NCBI GenBank assembly: GCA_002269645.1
Contig: NIVC01003738.1
Location: 1-64,000 of the forward strand
DNA from: Macrostomum lignano
Taxonomy: Eukaryota
Direction of reading: 5' to 3'
DNA length: 64,000 bases
The notes under the pieces are model-generated. The model had not been told where the DNA came from. It ran no database searches and saw only the letters and a list, made by a program, of their open reading frames with translations. The position numbers and the translations under genes are program-made. Every line of letters begins with the position of its first letter. Position 1 is the stretch's first letter. Of the stretch, positions 46,737-59,087 are shown piece after piece.

Positions 46737-48050
46737 ATATTCCTCCAGTACAGAAATCCAATATATCCCTCGAGTGCAGAAATCCAATATATTCCTCGAG
46801 TGCAGAAATCCAATATATTCCTCCAGTACAGAAATCCAATATATTCCTCCAGTACAGAAATCCAATATATCCCTCGAGTGCAGAAATCCAATATATTCCT
46901 CGAGTGCAGAAATCCAATATATCCCTCGAGTGCAGAAATCCAATATATTCCTCCAGTACAGAAATCCAATATATCCCTCGAGTGCAGAAATCCAATATAT
47001 TCCTCGAGTGCAGAAATCCAATATATTCCTCGAGTGCAGAAATCCAATATATTCCTCGAGTGCAGAAATCCAATATATCCCTCGAGTGCAGAAATCCAAT
47101 ATATTCCTCCAGTACAGAAATCCAATATATCCCTCGAGTGCAGAAATCCAATATCTTCCTCGAGTGCAGAAATCCAATATATTCCTCGAGTGCAGAAATC
47201 CAATATATCCCTCGAGTGCAGAAATCCAATATCTTCCTCGAGTGCAGAAATCCAATATATTCCTCGAGTGCAGAAATCCAATAATCCCTCGAGTGCAGAA
47301 ATCCAATATATTCCTCGAGTGCAAAAATCCAATATATTCCTCGAGTGCAAAAATCCAATATATTCCTCGAGTGCAGAAATCCAATATATTCCTCGAGTGC
47401 AGAAATCCAATATCTTCCTCGAGTGCAGAAATCCAATATATTCCTCGAGTGCAAAAATCCAATATATTCCTCGAGTGCAGAAATCCAATATATCCCTCGA
47501 GTGCAGAAATCCAATTTATTCCTCGAGTGCAGAAATCCAATATATTCCTCGAGTGCAAAAATCCAATATATTCCTCGAGTGCAAAAATCCAATATATTCC
47601 TCGAGTGCAGAAATCCAATATCTTCCTCGAGTGCAGAAATCCAATATATTCTTCCAGTGCAGAAATCCAATAATCCCTCGAGTGCAGAAATCCAATATAT
47701 TCCTCGAGTGCAGAAATCCAATATATTCCTCGAGTGCAGAAATCCAATATATTCCTCGAGTGCAGAAATCCAATATATTCCTCGAGTGCAGAAATCCAAT
47801 ATATTCCTCGAGTGCAGAAATCCAATATATTCCTAGAGTGCAGAAATTCAATATATCCCTCCAGTGCAGAAATTCAATATATCCCTCGAGTGCAGAAATC
47901 CAATATATTCATCGAGTGCAGAAATCCAATATATTCCTCGAGTGCAGAAACCAATATATTCCTCGAGTGCAGAAATCCAATTTATCCTTCCAGTGCAGAA
48001 ATCCAATATATTCCTAGAGTGCAGAAATCCAATGTATTCCTAGAGTGCAG
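46737..48050. repeat. 26-bp satellite, ~50 copies
   Basis: Unit CCTCGAGTGCAGAAATCCAATATATT. Confidence 0.97.
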
Positions 48051-48494
48051 AAATCCAAATCAAAGATGCACCCTAATAAAATCAACTCTATAACAATGAC
48101 GAGGTCTCCAGAAAGGGCATCTTCTTCTAGAAATAACAGAATCAGAGCCTTCTGCCCTTATCTGTTACTCTAGGCTACCAAATCAATCAAATCAATAATC
48201 CTTTAAGAGTATCGGAATCGGTCGGCAGATCCTATCCAATCCCTTAGGAATAGGGAGGCCTCACATTCAATAAAAATCGACTGATCAGTAACGGCCGGCA
48301 ATAACACAGCTCTCAATAATCAAACAACAAAGACTCTGACAAAGGCTTACCAATTGGTATTTGTCTCCCTCAGAGACTTAGCCTCGTTTGGCTGCTCTGG
48401 CAAAGCCCAAGATCTCTTGAGGCCGCCCGAGGCTGCTCCGAGTCTGCTCGGATATTTCGCTTGTACACAATTTATACACAATTTAAGTCGACCT

Positions 48495-50888
48495 TTAACA
48501 TCTTCAAATCCGATGGTCAGCGTGGCTGACCATGTATCACTTTAGCTAAAATCCAACTCTTTATGGCCATAGACTCAACTTTTGTCTTCACTTAACAGCA
48601 TATCGCGAAAACCCATATGGTCAGCTTGGCTGACCATGGCTGTAAGTAGTCTAAATGAAGTATAATAACGACAAAACATGCATTCAAGCATGTCAAAAAC
48701 TCAAAAATATCGTCAAAAATATCAAAAACATGAAAATTTATTTCACAAAAAACATGAATTACTAAAATGTAGCATTGCTTTGAGTTCTTTTTTAATAAAT
48801 TTTGCAAAAGATCCAGTAAATGTAGCTTTACTTCTGTTGCTATTACACTACCTAACTTTTATGCAATGTGAGGCAAGACAATAACAGGTAGTCAGCAGGA
48901 GTAAAACGAACAACTCTCCTCTCAGCCTACGAGTGCCAGGCTCGAAAGCAGTCAGGGATGCACAAGCCGGGCTGACCCGGGCACTGCTGACAGACGAAGA
49001 CGGTACGTTTGGTGATGCCATTGCGATAGCAGACTCTGCAGCGACGTGCAGGTCGCTGGTTACCAGGTGTGGCAGGCAGCTTACTGGGCAAGTGAACAGC
49101 ATCGGCAACAGGACGCGATGGGTAGACGCACCGTCTTTTTCCAGGCCCTGAGCTGTCTATCAGGGCAACGATCAGTTGTTCCATGAACTTCAGAAAAGTC
49201 AGTGAGCCGCCGGAGTGCCGGAACAAAATCCAGGCATTGTGCGACAGCTGCAATAGGAAATGAATTCCGAGCTTCTGGTGCCAGCGGTACATCTTTCTGC
49301 TTGGGTGGTAGGGCTGCAGCGCAGAGTCAAGGCGGTCGACACCACCCATGGACTTTGAGTAGTCCGTCACAGTCACCGGCTTTCGAACAACCTCCATTTG
49401 TCCACCTCGTCTGTACCGTTGTCGCGCAGTGCTCTGGGCCGTACCGAAGGTGTCAAGCAGGTAGACTGTCTTAATACCGCTTGCTTTTCTGTCTGTCAGC
49501 TTCACTGCCAAAACATCACCGCTTCGCATGTAGCAGTGGGATGGAGGCACTGCTGGCATCTGCCGGAGCTCGACTGGAATGCCGCGGTCACAGCGAACGG
49601 TGCCTGTTAGTAAGGTACTGTGAGCTAGTAGAAACTCGGCCAGTCGTCGGGAGGAGAAATAACTGTCAACAAACACCCTGTAGCCAAGATTTAGCAGGTC
49701 CTTCGACAGCTCCACCACTATTCGCTCGCTGATGGACAGGTTGTAGTCGACGAATTCGCTGCCAAACTTGCTGTTTTCCTCAGCTGTCGAATGAACGAGG
49801 ACGTTCCATAAGTAACCGGTCTTAGAGTCACAAAGACAATAGGTCTTAATTCCATATCTAGCCCGCTTGCTGGGAATATACTGTTTGAACGCTAGTCGTC
49901 CTTTGTGCTGAACAAGCTCCTCGTCAACAGCGATGACCCTGTCAGGCTGAAAATTCTGCTGACAAACTTCCTTTACTGAGTTCAAGAACGGGCGGATTTT
50001 GCGAAGCGGATCGTCATTGTCACCAACGCGACAGTCGTAGAACCTCAGAAAAGATAAGATTTGTTGGAACCGGTTTCGAGACAGGCAGTTTTCACTCAGG
50101 AACAACTGGTTGTCATAAAACTTTCCAGTGGCCCAGTAGTTTTTTATCTCTGGCTTGCGCACGATTCCCATGTAAAATATTATTGCGATGGTCTTTCTTA
50201 TCTCATCATCTGCACAGTCTCTCCAATCGGTCAATCTCGGTGGCAGCTGCTGGTCATCCTCTTCGTTCTCAAAGATTCGCAGCTCCTCCCATGCGCGAGC
50301 ATTGGTGAATTCTTTCAAATGACTAATAATGTCCTTCGTGAATAAGTTGAAAAAGAGTAACGGCTCATTTGCTGGTGCTTGAACACCAGGATTCATACCG
50401 TGGACTCCGAGAAACTCGGGAAGCTGCCCAGCTCTGTCATCTTCTCCGTCGCTGACAATTGTCCATTCGTTTTCCTCATCCTCCATCTCCAAGGTTGGCT
50501 CCTCAATTACTTCAATAACTGAGTCCTGATCTGACTCAGTCGATGAGCTGTTGGACTCGTCGCTTGTAAGAAGTTGATGAAGACTCATTATTACTTATCC
50601 GTCGAAATAGCAAATTATATGACAATTCTTCTTAAAATGAAGAGGTAAACAATCTAGATTGAATGCAAAGGAGAAAAATCTTACTAGGGATAGTGATACA
50701 GTACGAGGAAGGAAGGGCAGAAGCAGTCCACAGTGATAGGTTCTATGGCTGAAACCCCAAAGCAGGTCACAGAGTGTTCCAAACACACTCTCTCAAGTAA
50801 CGGGTTTTGGCGATGTTAAAGCAGCACTATAATTTTACATAGCAGTAGTCTATGGTCAGCCCTGCTGACCATACGGGTTTTCGCTTAA
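48495..50888 (-). mobile_element. piggyBac DNA transposon with nested TTAA-bounded ends
   Basis: TTAA at 48495/48592 (left) and 50816/50885 (right). Shared GCGAAAACCC-TATGGTCAGC inverted motifs surround an intact transposase. Confidence 0.8.
48927..50588 (-). CDS. Intact piggyBac transposase, 553 aa
   Basis: Acidic N-terminus; DDD triad in AVDEE, FVDSYFSS and MGGVDRLD; C-terminal Cys-rich CRVC..CQQC..LCIPDCF..H; no stops. Confidence 0.95.
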   Translation of the reverse strand: MSLHQLLTSDESNSSSTESDQDSVIEVIEEPTLEMEDEENEWTIVSDGEDDRAGQLPEFLGVHGMNPGVQAPANEPLLFFNLFTKDIISHLKEFTNARAWEELRIFENEEDDQQLPPRLTDWRDCADDEIRKTIAIIFYMGIVRKPEIKNYWATGKFYDNQLFLSENCLSRNRFQQILSFLRFYDCRVGDNDDPLRKIRPFLNSVKEVCQQNFQPDRVIAVDEELVQHKGRLAFKQYIPSKRARYGIKTYCLCDSKTGYLWNVLVHSTAEENSKFGSEFVDYNLSISERIVVELSKDLLNLGYRVFVDSYFSSRRLAEFLLAHSTLLTGTVRCDRGIPVELRQMPAVPPSHCYMRSGDVLAVKLTDRKASGIKTVYLLDTFGTAQSTARQRYRRGGQMEVVRKPVTVTDYSKSMGGVDRLDSALQPYHPSRKMYRWHQKLGIHFLLQLSHNAWILFRHSGGSLTFLKFMEQLIVALIDSSGPGKRRCVYPSRPVADAVHLPSKLPATPGNQRPARRCRVCYRNGITKRTVFVCQQCPGQPGLCIPDCFRAWHS

Positions 50889-52485
50889 TGTAGAGAAAAT
50901 GCGCGGTATGGAACTGGTTAAGCCCCAAACTGCTTTTATTGATGAGATCAAAAATTGATTCTGTCCTTTGACCGGTGGGGTTTTTGAATAGAAAATGGTG
51001 AGACTTGGCTCGCATTTAAGTTAACATTTACCATATTTGGAAGTAGATGTTTTAAACCGGTTTTTCGAACGATAGAATGATCAGTGGCTGTTTTTGGGAT
51101 ATTTCTGGTATTACTAAAAATAGAGTATGACGCATGCTATTTTTAAATATGTGTTCATATTTTTATCTTACTACTTCTAGTAGTCTACTGTGTTTCTGAG
51201 ATCTCTACACTATTAGAAATTTGCTTTTTTAAGGCGACTTATGCTTTACTCCTGTAACAATAATTAAACTCGATTTCTTGGTCAAGAACCCAAATATATT
51301 TTTTTCCGATTCAAAATTCAGTCAACAGGTTTGTTTTCTGATGCAACTGGAAGTACTTGTAGGCCCTCTGTACCTCTGAGACGCTGAATTGATAGATGTG
51401 GTCTTTGGTTGCGGTCGGGTTCTTCGTAGTAGACTGTAGAGCCGGCTTATAGTATTTGTACTTTCAATGGCAGAGGCCCAATGAGATTCTGGGAAATAGC
51501 TATGTGCTCCAAGGGAAAATGAGAGGACTGCATCAAAACTCAACAATGGGCTGAATAGCCAAGTAGTATAGGTCATTGGTTGCGTAGCTCGTATACGAAT
51601 GGAGCAGATTCTTAATGTTACAGGCGGACTTATTTTTCGACGCAGGAGGGATTAGAAAAAGGATTAGAAAGTCCTGAAGGACTTATCACAGGCTTAAACG
51701 TCCTTGGAAGCACTGGGCACGCTATAGTGCTCTCCGTAAGTTTCTGTTACTCATTAAGACTGCTTGTTTACAGATGTGATAGGGAAAGTGCTTTCGGCAA
51801 CCTAGTTTACTGTAAGCGTACATGATTGATGCATTTGATTGATTTCAGTTTAGGGGTTCTCTGGGTGCGCACATTATAGTAGAATAAAATTCATGCAACG
51901 ATTGTTCATGTCGGTTTGTAAAGGTCAACTGAATGTTTTATTGCTTATGTAAGGCTAACATTAGTCATATTCTATTTTCAGCATTTTTAGATTTACAAAC
52001 GCATTTTCTTACTTTAATACTAGCCATACAAAAACAAATTGAATACCCTGTGCATTATTAATTCGGTTTTTCTGTTGTTACTGCACTCTACATGGGTTTT
52101 TCTTGTGCTTTGGCTCGATTCTTTTCTCTTTTGCTTAAAAATGAGCAGTATATGCTGAAGCTAAGATTGCAAGGTAGAATTTTTGTATAAATTACAGAAA
52201 AGCCAGACACTGATACCTGATTTATAAAAAAGTAAATTGGTAAAAGCTAATACTAACTAAAATAAAGTACGGCTTTTGGATTCAAGTACGTCTTTAGTTC
52301 TTTGCGGCTCGAATCGTTTTGCAATGTCTGATAAGCTAAACAGCGGAAATTTCAAACTAACATTTGCACTTTTGAATCTGCAAGTCTTCATCTTGTTGTC
52401 ATTGGTTTCAGAGTAAGAAACGAATAGAATGCTTTTTTAATATCGCATCCAATTGTACTAAAGAACTTATTGTTCCGCATTTCAG

Positions 52486-53800
52486 ACACCATGCCGCAAA
52501 TCACTATTGTGTGAGCGGACTGACGCTGAGTCTGCGACTCGACGATTTCTACCACAGGGACGAGCTCATCATTCCGCAGCTGTCAGATGAGTCTGAGCAG
52601 AGTTTGATGAAGCGCAGGATCTGTAAGTGGGCCGTCAGAGCAGACTCCAGAAGGAGGGATCTTCAACTCGTGCTGGAAGGGCGAACAGCGGGTTTTGGGA
52701 AAAACCCTGTCAGTTTAAACATTCGCTACTCGCCAGGTTCAAGAGGATGGGCGACTGTGTCGCCAGGAATGTTTCGCGTTTTTCCGTTGGCAAAAGGGCA
52801 AGTCTAATTTTGCTGACGTCATGCAGTGTTTGCATGTAGCAGGTCATACCATATATAGATAAACGGCATAGAGTACTAAATATAGAGCTTTGCTTTCATT
52901 TTGGATTGCCAATTTAGTAAAATGACTAGCAAAACGCGTCATAAAAGTGAACTACTAAATGCGTCAACTACTAAAAAGATTTTTAATTTCGATTCCATGC
53001 AAAATTTTATTTCCAGCAATCAGTTCAATGTGGAGACAAACTGGGATACGAGATATCAGAATAGAAGCATGTCAAACCTGAGGATTGTCCTGCCACTTCC
53101 CGGGTTCTGCAGCCGGGAAATGCTCAGCTTCAACAGAAAATGCTACGCCGTGAGCTCAGCAAAGCAGAATGCTTCAGCCGCAATGTCCAGCATTGAAGGC
53201 GATGCTCAGCTGGCCAGCTTCTCCAGCATGGCTGAGATCAGCGAGCTCATCGCTGCCAGTGAGTGAGCATCGTCTTAGATTGCAATGTAGGCTATGATTT
53301 CGAAATTCAATGATAATTTTTTCATCATTTCAGACACCAAAAAGCTGCAGGAGTTCCCCTACAGAAGGCCCCTGAGCCTGGGCCAGCCGGTCCGTCTCGG
53401 CATGTTTCTGAACGCATCCGCTGCCACAGTGCTGTCCTTTGTCAGGAGAGACAGCGGTTGCCTGCTGCTACAGCCTGTGACAGATTTCAAGGACTTCTTG
53501 TAAACTTTTACTGCATTTACTTTGCTATTGAAATGAAAGAATAACGGAGAGAATATGAATAATTGTTCTTCAGACTATCGGACAAAGTGGCGGGACCATG
53601 CGTGTCGCTGAGAGTGGCCGAGTCAGATACAGCGGTGGTCGAGTTCGTTAACTGCAGCAGCCCGATGCTGTCGCTGCTGAGCTTCCCGGAGACTGCGCGC
53701 TCCGTGCCGAGCTCAGCGAAGTGCAGCGGCATCGAGCTTGAGAATCTTATTCGTCTGAGCAGCCGTCGTCGAGACACAGTCTCAGCCACCTCGACAGTAA
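52486..53800 (+). CDS. L-B: multi-exon CUB-like/C-type-lectin-like gene (partial model)
   Basis: Exons 52486-52797, 53017-53258, 53334-53499 and 53574-~53796, with consistent phases 2,2,1,2. ICKWAV; CSREMLSFNRKCYAV..AQLASFSSMAEI; GPCVSL..FVNC. Confidence 0.6.
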
Positions 53801-54520
53801 CTGTTGATGCATCAATCCAACCTTATTTTTCGACGAATCCCAAGCCTCAGATTTTAGTTTTCAAATCCGGGTTTTGGCATTGTGCTCAATTTTCCTGCTG
53901 ATTTCGGGCATCGCATACTTTGTTGTCGCAAAGTCGGACTTTAGCAATACTCGCAAATTTTTCGAAATATTTGTCCGCCGAGATCTCAAAGGCATTGAAA
54001 ATTTATAGTTAATATAACCATGTTGAAAACCTCTAGCTGCATTGTCACTAATGGCATAGGGTTGGGTTGCATTGGGCAATTACCCGTCCGCAAGGAGTTA
54101 TTTAATGAGTTATTTACCAATTGCTCTTATTGTCTTCATTGACGAAATATGGCTTTTGCCTTGTTCGCAATATTATTTTCTCTCAAACCGAAAAAGTTAC
54201 AAAAATACGATAGTCATTTCAATTTACCTCATCTTACCTATTTGATTTTCTTATAGCTTTTTTAACTCGCTTTTTCTTGCTACATTCCTTAAACCAGGTC
54301 GATGAAGAATATTGAGTTATTGCCACGAGCAGATAAACTAATTAAACACTCAGAAAAAATAACTGTACACAATAAGCATTTTGCAGGTATATTTCTTTAC
54401 TAATCCTTATCCAATGCTTATCAAAAATATACTCACTTTAATTTTTTAATTTTTTTAAGGTAAGCGGCACCGCGAAAAAAGTTCGAAATTTCTGTTTGAC
54501 ATTTCTTTATTAGCTGGACA

Positions 54521-54656
54521 TTGCTGAGATGTCAAGGCTTACTGGGGGAATTGCTGAGATGTCATGGCTTACGGGGGGAATTGCTGAGATGTCAAGGCTT
54601 ACTGGGGGAATTTCTGAGATTTCAAGGCTTACTGGGGGAATCGCTGAGATGTCAAA
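54521..54656. repeat. 30-bp tandem repeat, ~4.5 copies
   Basis: Unit TTGCTGAGATGTCAAGGCTTACTGGGGGAA. Confidence 0.92.
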
Positions 54657-55085
54657 TTCACCCCGGTGTCGAGTCCGCATTTCCGATAAATTGCTTCACT
54701 GTTTATTGTGATCTCGTATTTATTGTGCAATTATTCTATTAAAACATGCATTTTGTATTTACTTACTAATAAAACGCCTGATTAAATTTACTGTTACCTT
54801 TGTTCTTTGATACTGCGAGCGTAGTAGCTCTGCCAATGAAATATTGCTACAAATGGATTTTAAATTGATTCTGAACCAACTACAAATTGGTTTGATACTA
54901 GTGGGTAATGCAAACCCGGCCTTTTCTGGAATTAATCAATCTAGTCTTTGAGCTTAATATCGGTTTATGCTCTATGTACATCATACTTGTCCAGTACGTC
55001 TCAGATCTATCTCAGTTTAACTCATATTTGTGATTTACACGTACTTAACTTATGGAGAAGGTGCGGGTAAGAGTGCTACAGAGTG

Positions 55086-55330
55086 TCACACAACCGGCGA
55101 GAGGCATTGCTGCCCATTCCGCCGACTCCCCTGAGCAGGCACACAAGCGCGCGATACGTACGCAGTCATACGCACAGGCACACACACGCAAAGGAGTGCA
55201 CAACGGCCCCTAACTTTATCTATCGTTAGGCCAAGGACCACTAGGAACTTTTCGTTATATCTGGTCAAGTATAACGACACTTGGAATCGAGCCTGGGCTG
55301 CTGGCACATCAGAGCGCCGCGCTAGACTAC
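55086..55330 (-). mobile_element. Truncated SINE, same family as 21745-22107
   Basis: Shares GAGAGGCATTGCTGCCCATTCCGCCGACTC and CACTTGGAATCGAGCCTGGG..GGCACATCAGAGCGCCGCGCTA. Confidence 0.7.
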
Positions 55331-56464
55331 TGCTGAATGACTCGCACAGCTGCCGCATGTCTACACATCACAACATATCGTAGTGTAAACTACAAGTTAA
55401 AGCAGTACGAGAAGTAGACTGCACGAGAATTGTATATAAGAAAGAAGTACACTTGTGATGTACATGCAAACGGATTCAAAACCTCACGAACAGCATGCGA
55501 TTGGCAATCAGTATAAGTTTATATTGTTTTAGCCTTTAACTTGACTATTTAATTCCGAATTACTTGTATTTGTGTTTCAGAGTTGATGCCAATGTACAAT
55601 ATACCGATGCAGTATGTCTTCACAGCTAGAACACCCTAAATTCTCTTTTTCCTTAATTTGTTAAAATCTGCCGGGTCCAACCGGAAGTAGCTTCTTTTAG
55701 CAGTTAAAATACAGGGCAAACAGGCTCTTCTGTGTTGTTTACCGGGTCGCATGACAGCTACCATTCAAGTGCAGTTTCTACAGTTTAGTGGTAAGAAACC
55801 AGAAGCAAGGACAAAACTTGCATGGAAACCACAAAGAAAGATCGAATAGTGACTGCTACTACAGTTCTGGATTGCGATCTGAGATATGATGGGGCTAAAG
55901 TTCTGCAACTGCCGAACTTCTTCAAGTTATATTTATGACCGTTGAATATAAAATTAAAATACCAAAGCCCTTCAGTTTTAAACTTTCAAATAACAAGCAA
56001 GAAACGAAAAAAGCAATTATACCAGCATATACTTAAAATTACTATGAAAAGTACGCTTCGGCAGTTGCTGCCTCTGCTGCTGAGCATGCGAGTTGCTGCA
56101 TCTTTGGACTGCTCCAATGTTAATCGCACGGGTGAGTCGGTTGCTTTTAAGAGAAGCTCAAATACCAGCAATGCAAGGCTGAAAATCTTTTGCGATAAAT
56201 ATTTCAGTCACAGTGCAGCTGAGCAGGGCTGACGTTCTGCGCACCTGGCAACCCAGCGGTGCGCACTGCCGTTGGTGGGAGAGTCGGCAGTCAGAGACAA
56301 ACCGATTCCCTGCTGCTGTGCGGTCCGGGCCTCGGTGGCTTGTGATGCAGCTGAGGCAGCCGATGATGCTGGAGGCGGTGAGCGTGCGAGACTGGGGTGA
56401 GTGACGTTGACCGACTCATTCTCATAATGCATGATGATGCAGAGGTAGCCTTGGACACAGAGTG

Positions 56465-56800
56465 TGAGACTGTGTGAGACCAGCTAGCATCTAATTAGCA
56501 CTCTGAGACAGTGTGAGACCAGCTAGCATCTAATTAGCACTCTGAGACAGTGTGAGACCAGCTAGCATCTAATTAGCACTCTGAGACAGTGTGAGACCAG
56601 CTAGCATCTAATTAGCACTCTGAGACAGTGTGAGACCAGCTAGCATCTAATTAGCACTCTGAGACAGTGTGAGACCAGCTAGCATCTAATTAGCACTCTG
56701 AGACAGTGTGAGACCAGCTAGCATCTAATTAGCACTCTGAGACAGTGTGAGACCAGCTTGCATCTAATTAGCACTCTGAGACAGTGTGAGACCAGCTAGC
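56465..56800. repeat. 39-bp repeat in R3, ~8 copies
   Basis: Same unit as 14764. Confidence 0.93.
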
Positions 56801-58276
56801 AGCCAAGCACTCGTGTTGCAGATGGCCAGTGGCTCGCAGCAGCTCCGGTCGGCTCGCCCGTGTCAGCGGTCGGAGCCTCAAACCTCCCGCTGGAGCTGCA
56901 GCTGGAGGATCCGTGCAGCGTCAGCTGGGAGGCCTTGAACGGTAGCGACCGCTGGCGGAGTCTTGATGACTCCAATGGCACCGCCATGGTGAGTTAAAGA
57001 GGCAGCTGTTTGCATGCTGCACATTTTGCACATTCTGAAGAACTCAGTCATTCTGAGCACACCTCCTTCCAGCAGCCAGTGGCCTTCCTTCTGTTCAGCA
57101 GCTCCCAGCAGCTCCAGTGGAGCGCTCTCAATCTGCAAGGTGAGGTCTTTCAGCTCAGTGCTTTGATTTGCAGGTCGCTGAGTTCATTTCACCTCCGCAC
57201 CCTCAGGCCGCACGGCCCCAATGCAGCTGAAGGAGACCAGAAACCCAGTTTGCCTGAACTGCGAGCCCCTCACGTGGAGAAACGGAGATCTGATTGGCTT
57301 CTCAGTGAGCAGCTGCGGCTCCCAGACTCCGAGCTGCTCAGTTCGACTCGTGGATGGCAGCAGACGAGAGGCTGAGCTGGTGAGCGACTGGCCGGCCTTG
57401 CCTGACTGATTTTCCTCTTTGAGGCTGAGATCTCATGGCATTCTGCGATTTTCAGCTGTTCTCAAGACCTGGCAGTGATCGGATTCGAGTCACCCATTTT
57501 GAGTACCTTATGGAGGAGACGGAAATTCCGCGGACTCTGACCTGCTGGCAGGGGGACCCAGCGGCTCTGCAGATTGAGAGGGAAATCGCTGTGGCATGCA
57601 AGTCTGGGGCAGCCAATCTGGGGTTTTGCGAGTTCCCACCCGCAGCTGGCATTCAGGGCCCCGTACAGTTTTGGCCCTGTTTAAACCTCTTTATGTACTT
57701 TTATTTGCAGCTTATGGTGGAAGCTTTACTCTGTCGGTCTCTCCGGTGTGGGTCTCCGGCAGGAAGGTTTTCTTAGAAACTGAAGCGCAGCGATTCTTTC
57801 CGGAGCCCAGGATTCAGTGTTCGATCAGGGCGGTGACGGAGCAGCCTTTGAAAGTGGAGAGCCAGGTGAGGACAGGTGCATTGTCTTTGAGTGAGCGATA
57901 CCGCTGGCAGCACGAGTTGGTCTACAATCTGACCGCAACGCCACAACCCCAAGTTCCCAGTCACCGCGGCCTATCCTTACACAAAGCACACGTAAAATGC
58001 AGATACCCCTCATTCTGTGTCGTTTAACTTTCAGAACCGGTCTGTAGTGAAGGACAATAAAAGCCGGGTTCTGCTGTCAGTTCGCTCAAGGTTCAGCTTT
58101 CACGCATCGCTCTCAATGCACGGAGGTCAAATTCTGTGCTGGGTGAATCTGACTGAGGATGAAAACTTGGTTGCTATGAAGTACAAGTTAATTCACATTG
58201 TAACGCAGATTAGCGGTGAGAAATGAGCGAATTAAATTCAGACTTCCGTATCTCAGTATTCTGTGTTACCTCTCCC

Positions 58277-59087
58277 ATCACCCCTCACCTAGCCACCCCT
58301 CACCTAGCCACCCCTCACTCAGCCACCCCTCACCCAGCCACCCTCATCCAGCCACCCCTCACAAAGCCACCCCTCACCCAGTTACCCCTCACCCAGCCAC
58401 CCCTCACCCAGCCACCCCTCACCCAGCAATCCCTCACCCAGCCACCCCTCACCCAGCCACCCCTCACCCAGCCACCCCTCACCCAGCCACCCCTCACCCA
58501 GCCATCACTTACACAGCCACCCCTCACGCAGCCACCCCTCACCCAGCCACCCTCATCCATCCACCCCTTACACAGCCACCCCTCACCCAGGCACCCCTCA
58601 CACAGCCACCCCCCACCCTGCCACCCCTCACCCAGCCACCCCTCACCCAGCCACCCCTCACCCAGACACCCCTCACCCAGCCACCCCTCACCCAGCCACC
58701 CCTCACCCAGGCACCCCTCACCCAGCCATCACTTACACAGCCACCCCTCACGCAGCCACCCCTCACCCAGCCACCCTCATCCATCCACCCCTTACACAGC
58801 CACCCCTCACCCACGCACCCCTCACACAGCCACCCCTCACCCAGCCACCCCTCACCCAGCCACCCCTCACCCAGCCACCCCTCGCCCAGCAACCCCTTAC
58901 ACAGCCACCCCTCACCCAGCCACCCCTCACCCAGCCACCCCTCACCCAGCCACCCCTCACCCAGCCACCCCTCACCCAGCCACCCCTCACCCAGCCACCC
59001 CTCACCCAGCCACCGCTCATCCAGCCACCCCTCACCCAGCCACCCCTCACCCAGCCACCCCTCACCCAGCCACCCCTCACCCAGCCA
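58277..59087. repeat. 15-bp repeat in R3, ~54 degenerate copies
   Basis: Same unit as 16541 with more variants. Confidence 0.93.

Noticed and set aside
46614-48093. Nine overlapping 110-405 aa ORFs
   Set aside because: By-product of a stop-free 26-bp satellite; not CRISPR either, since there are no unique spacers or cas genes.
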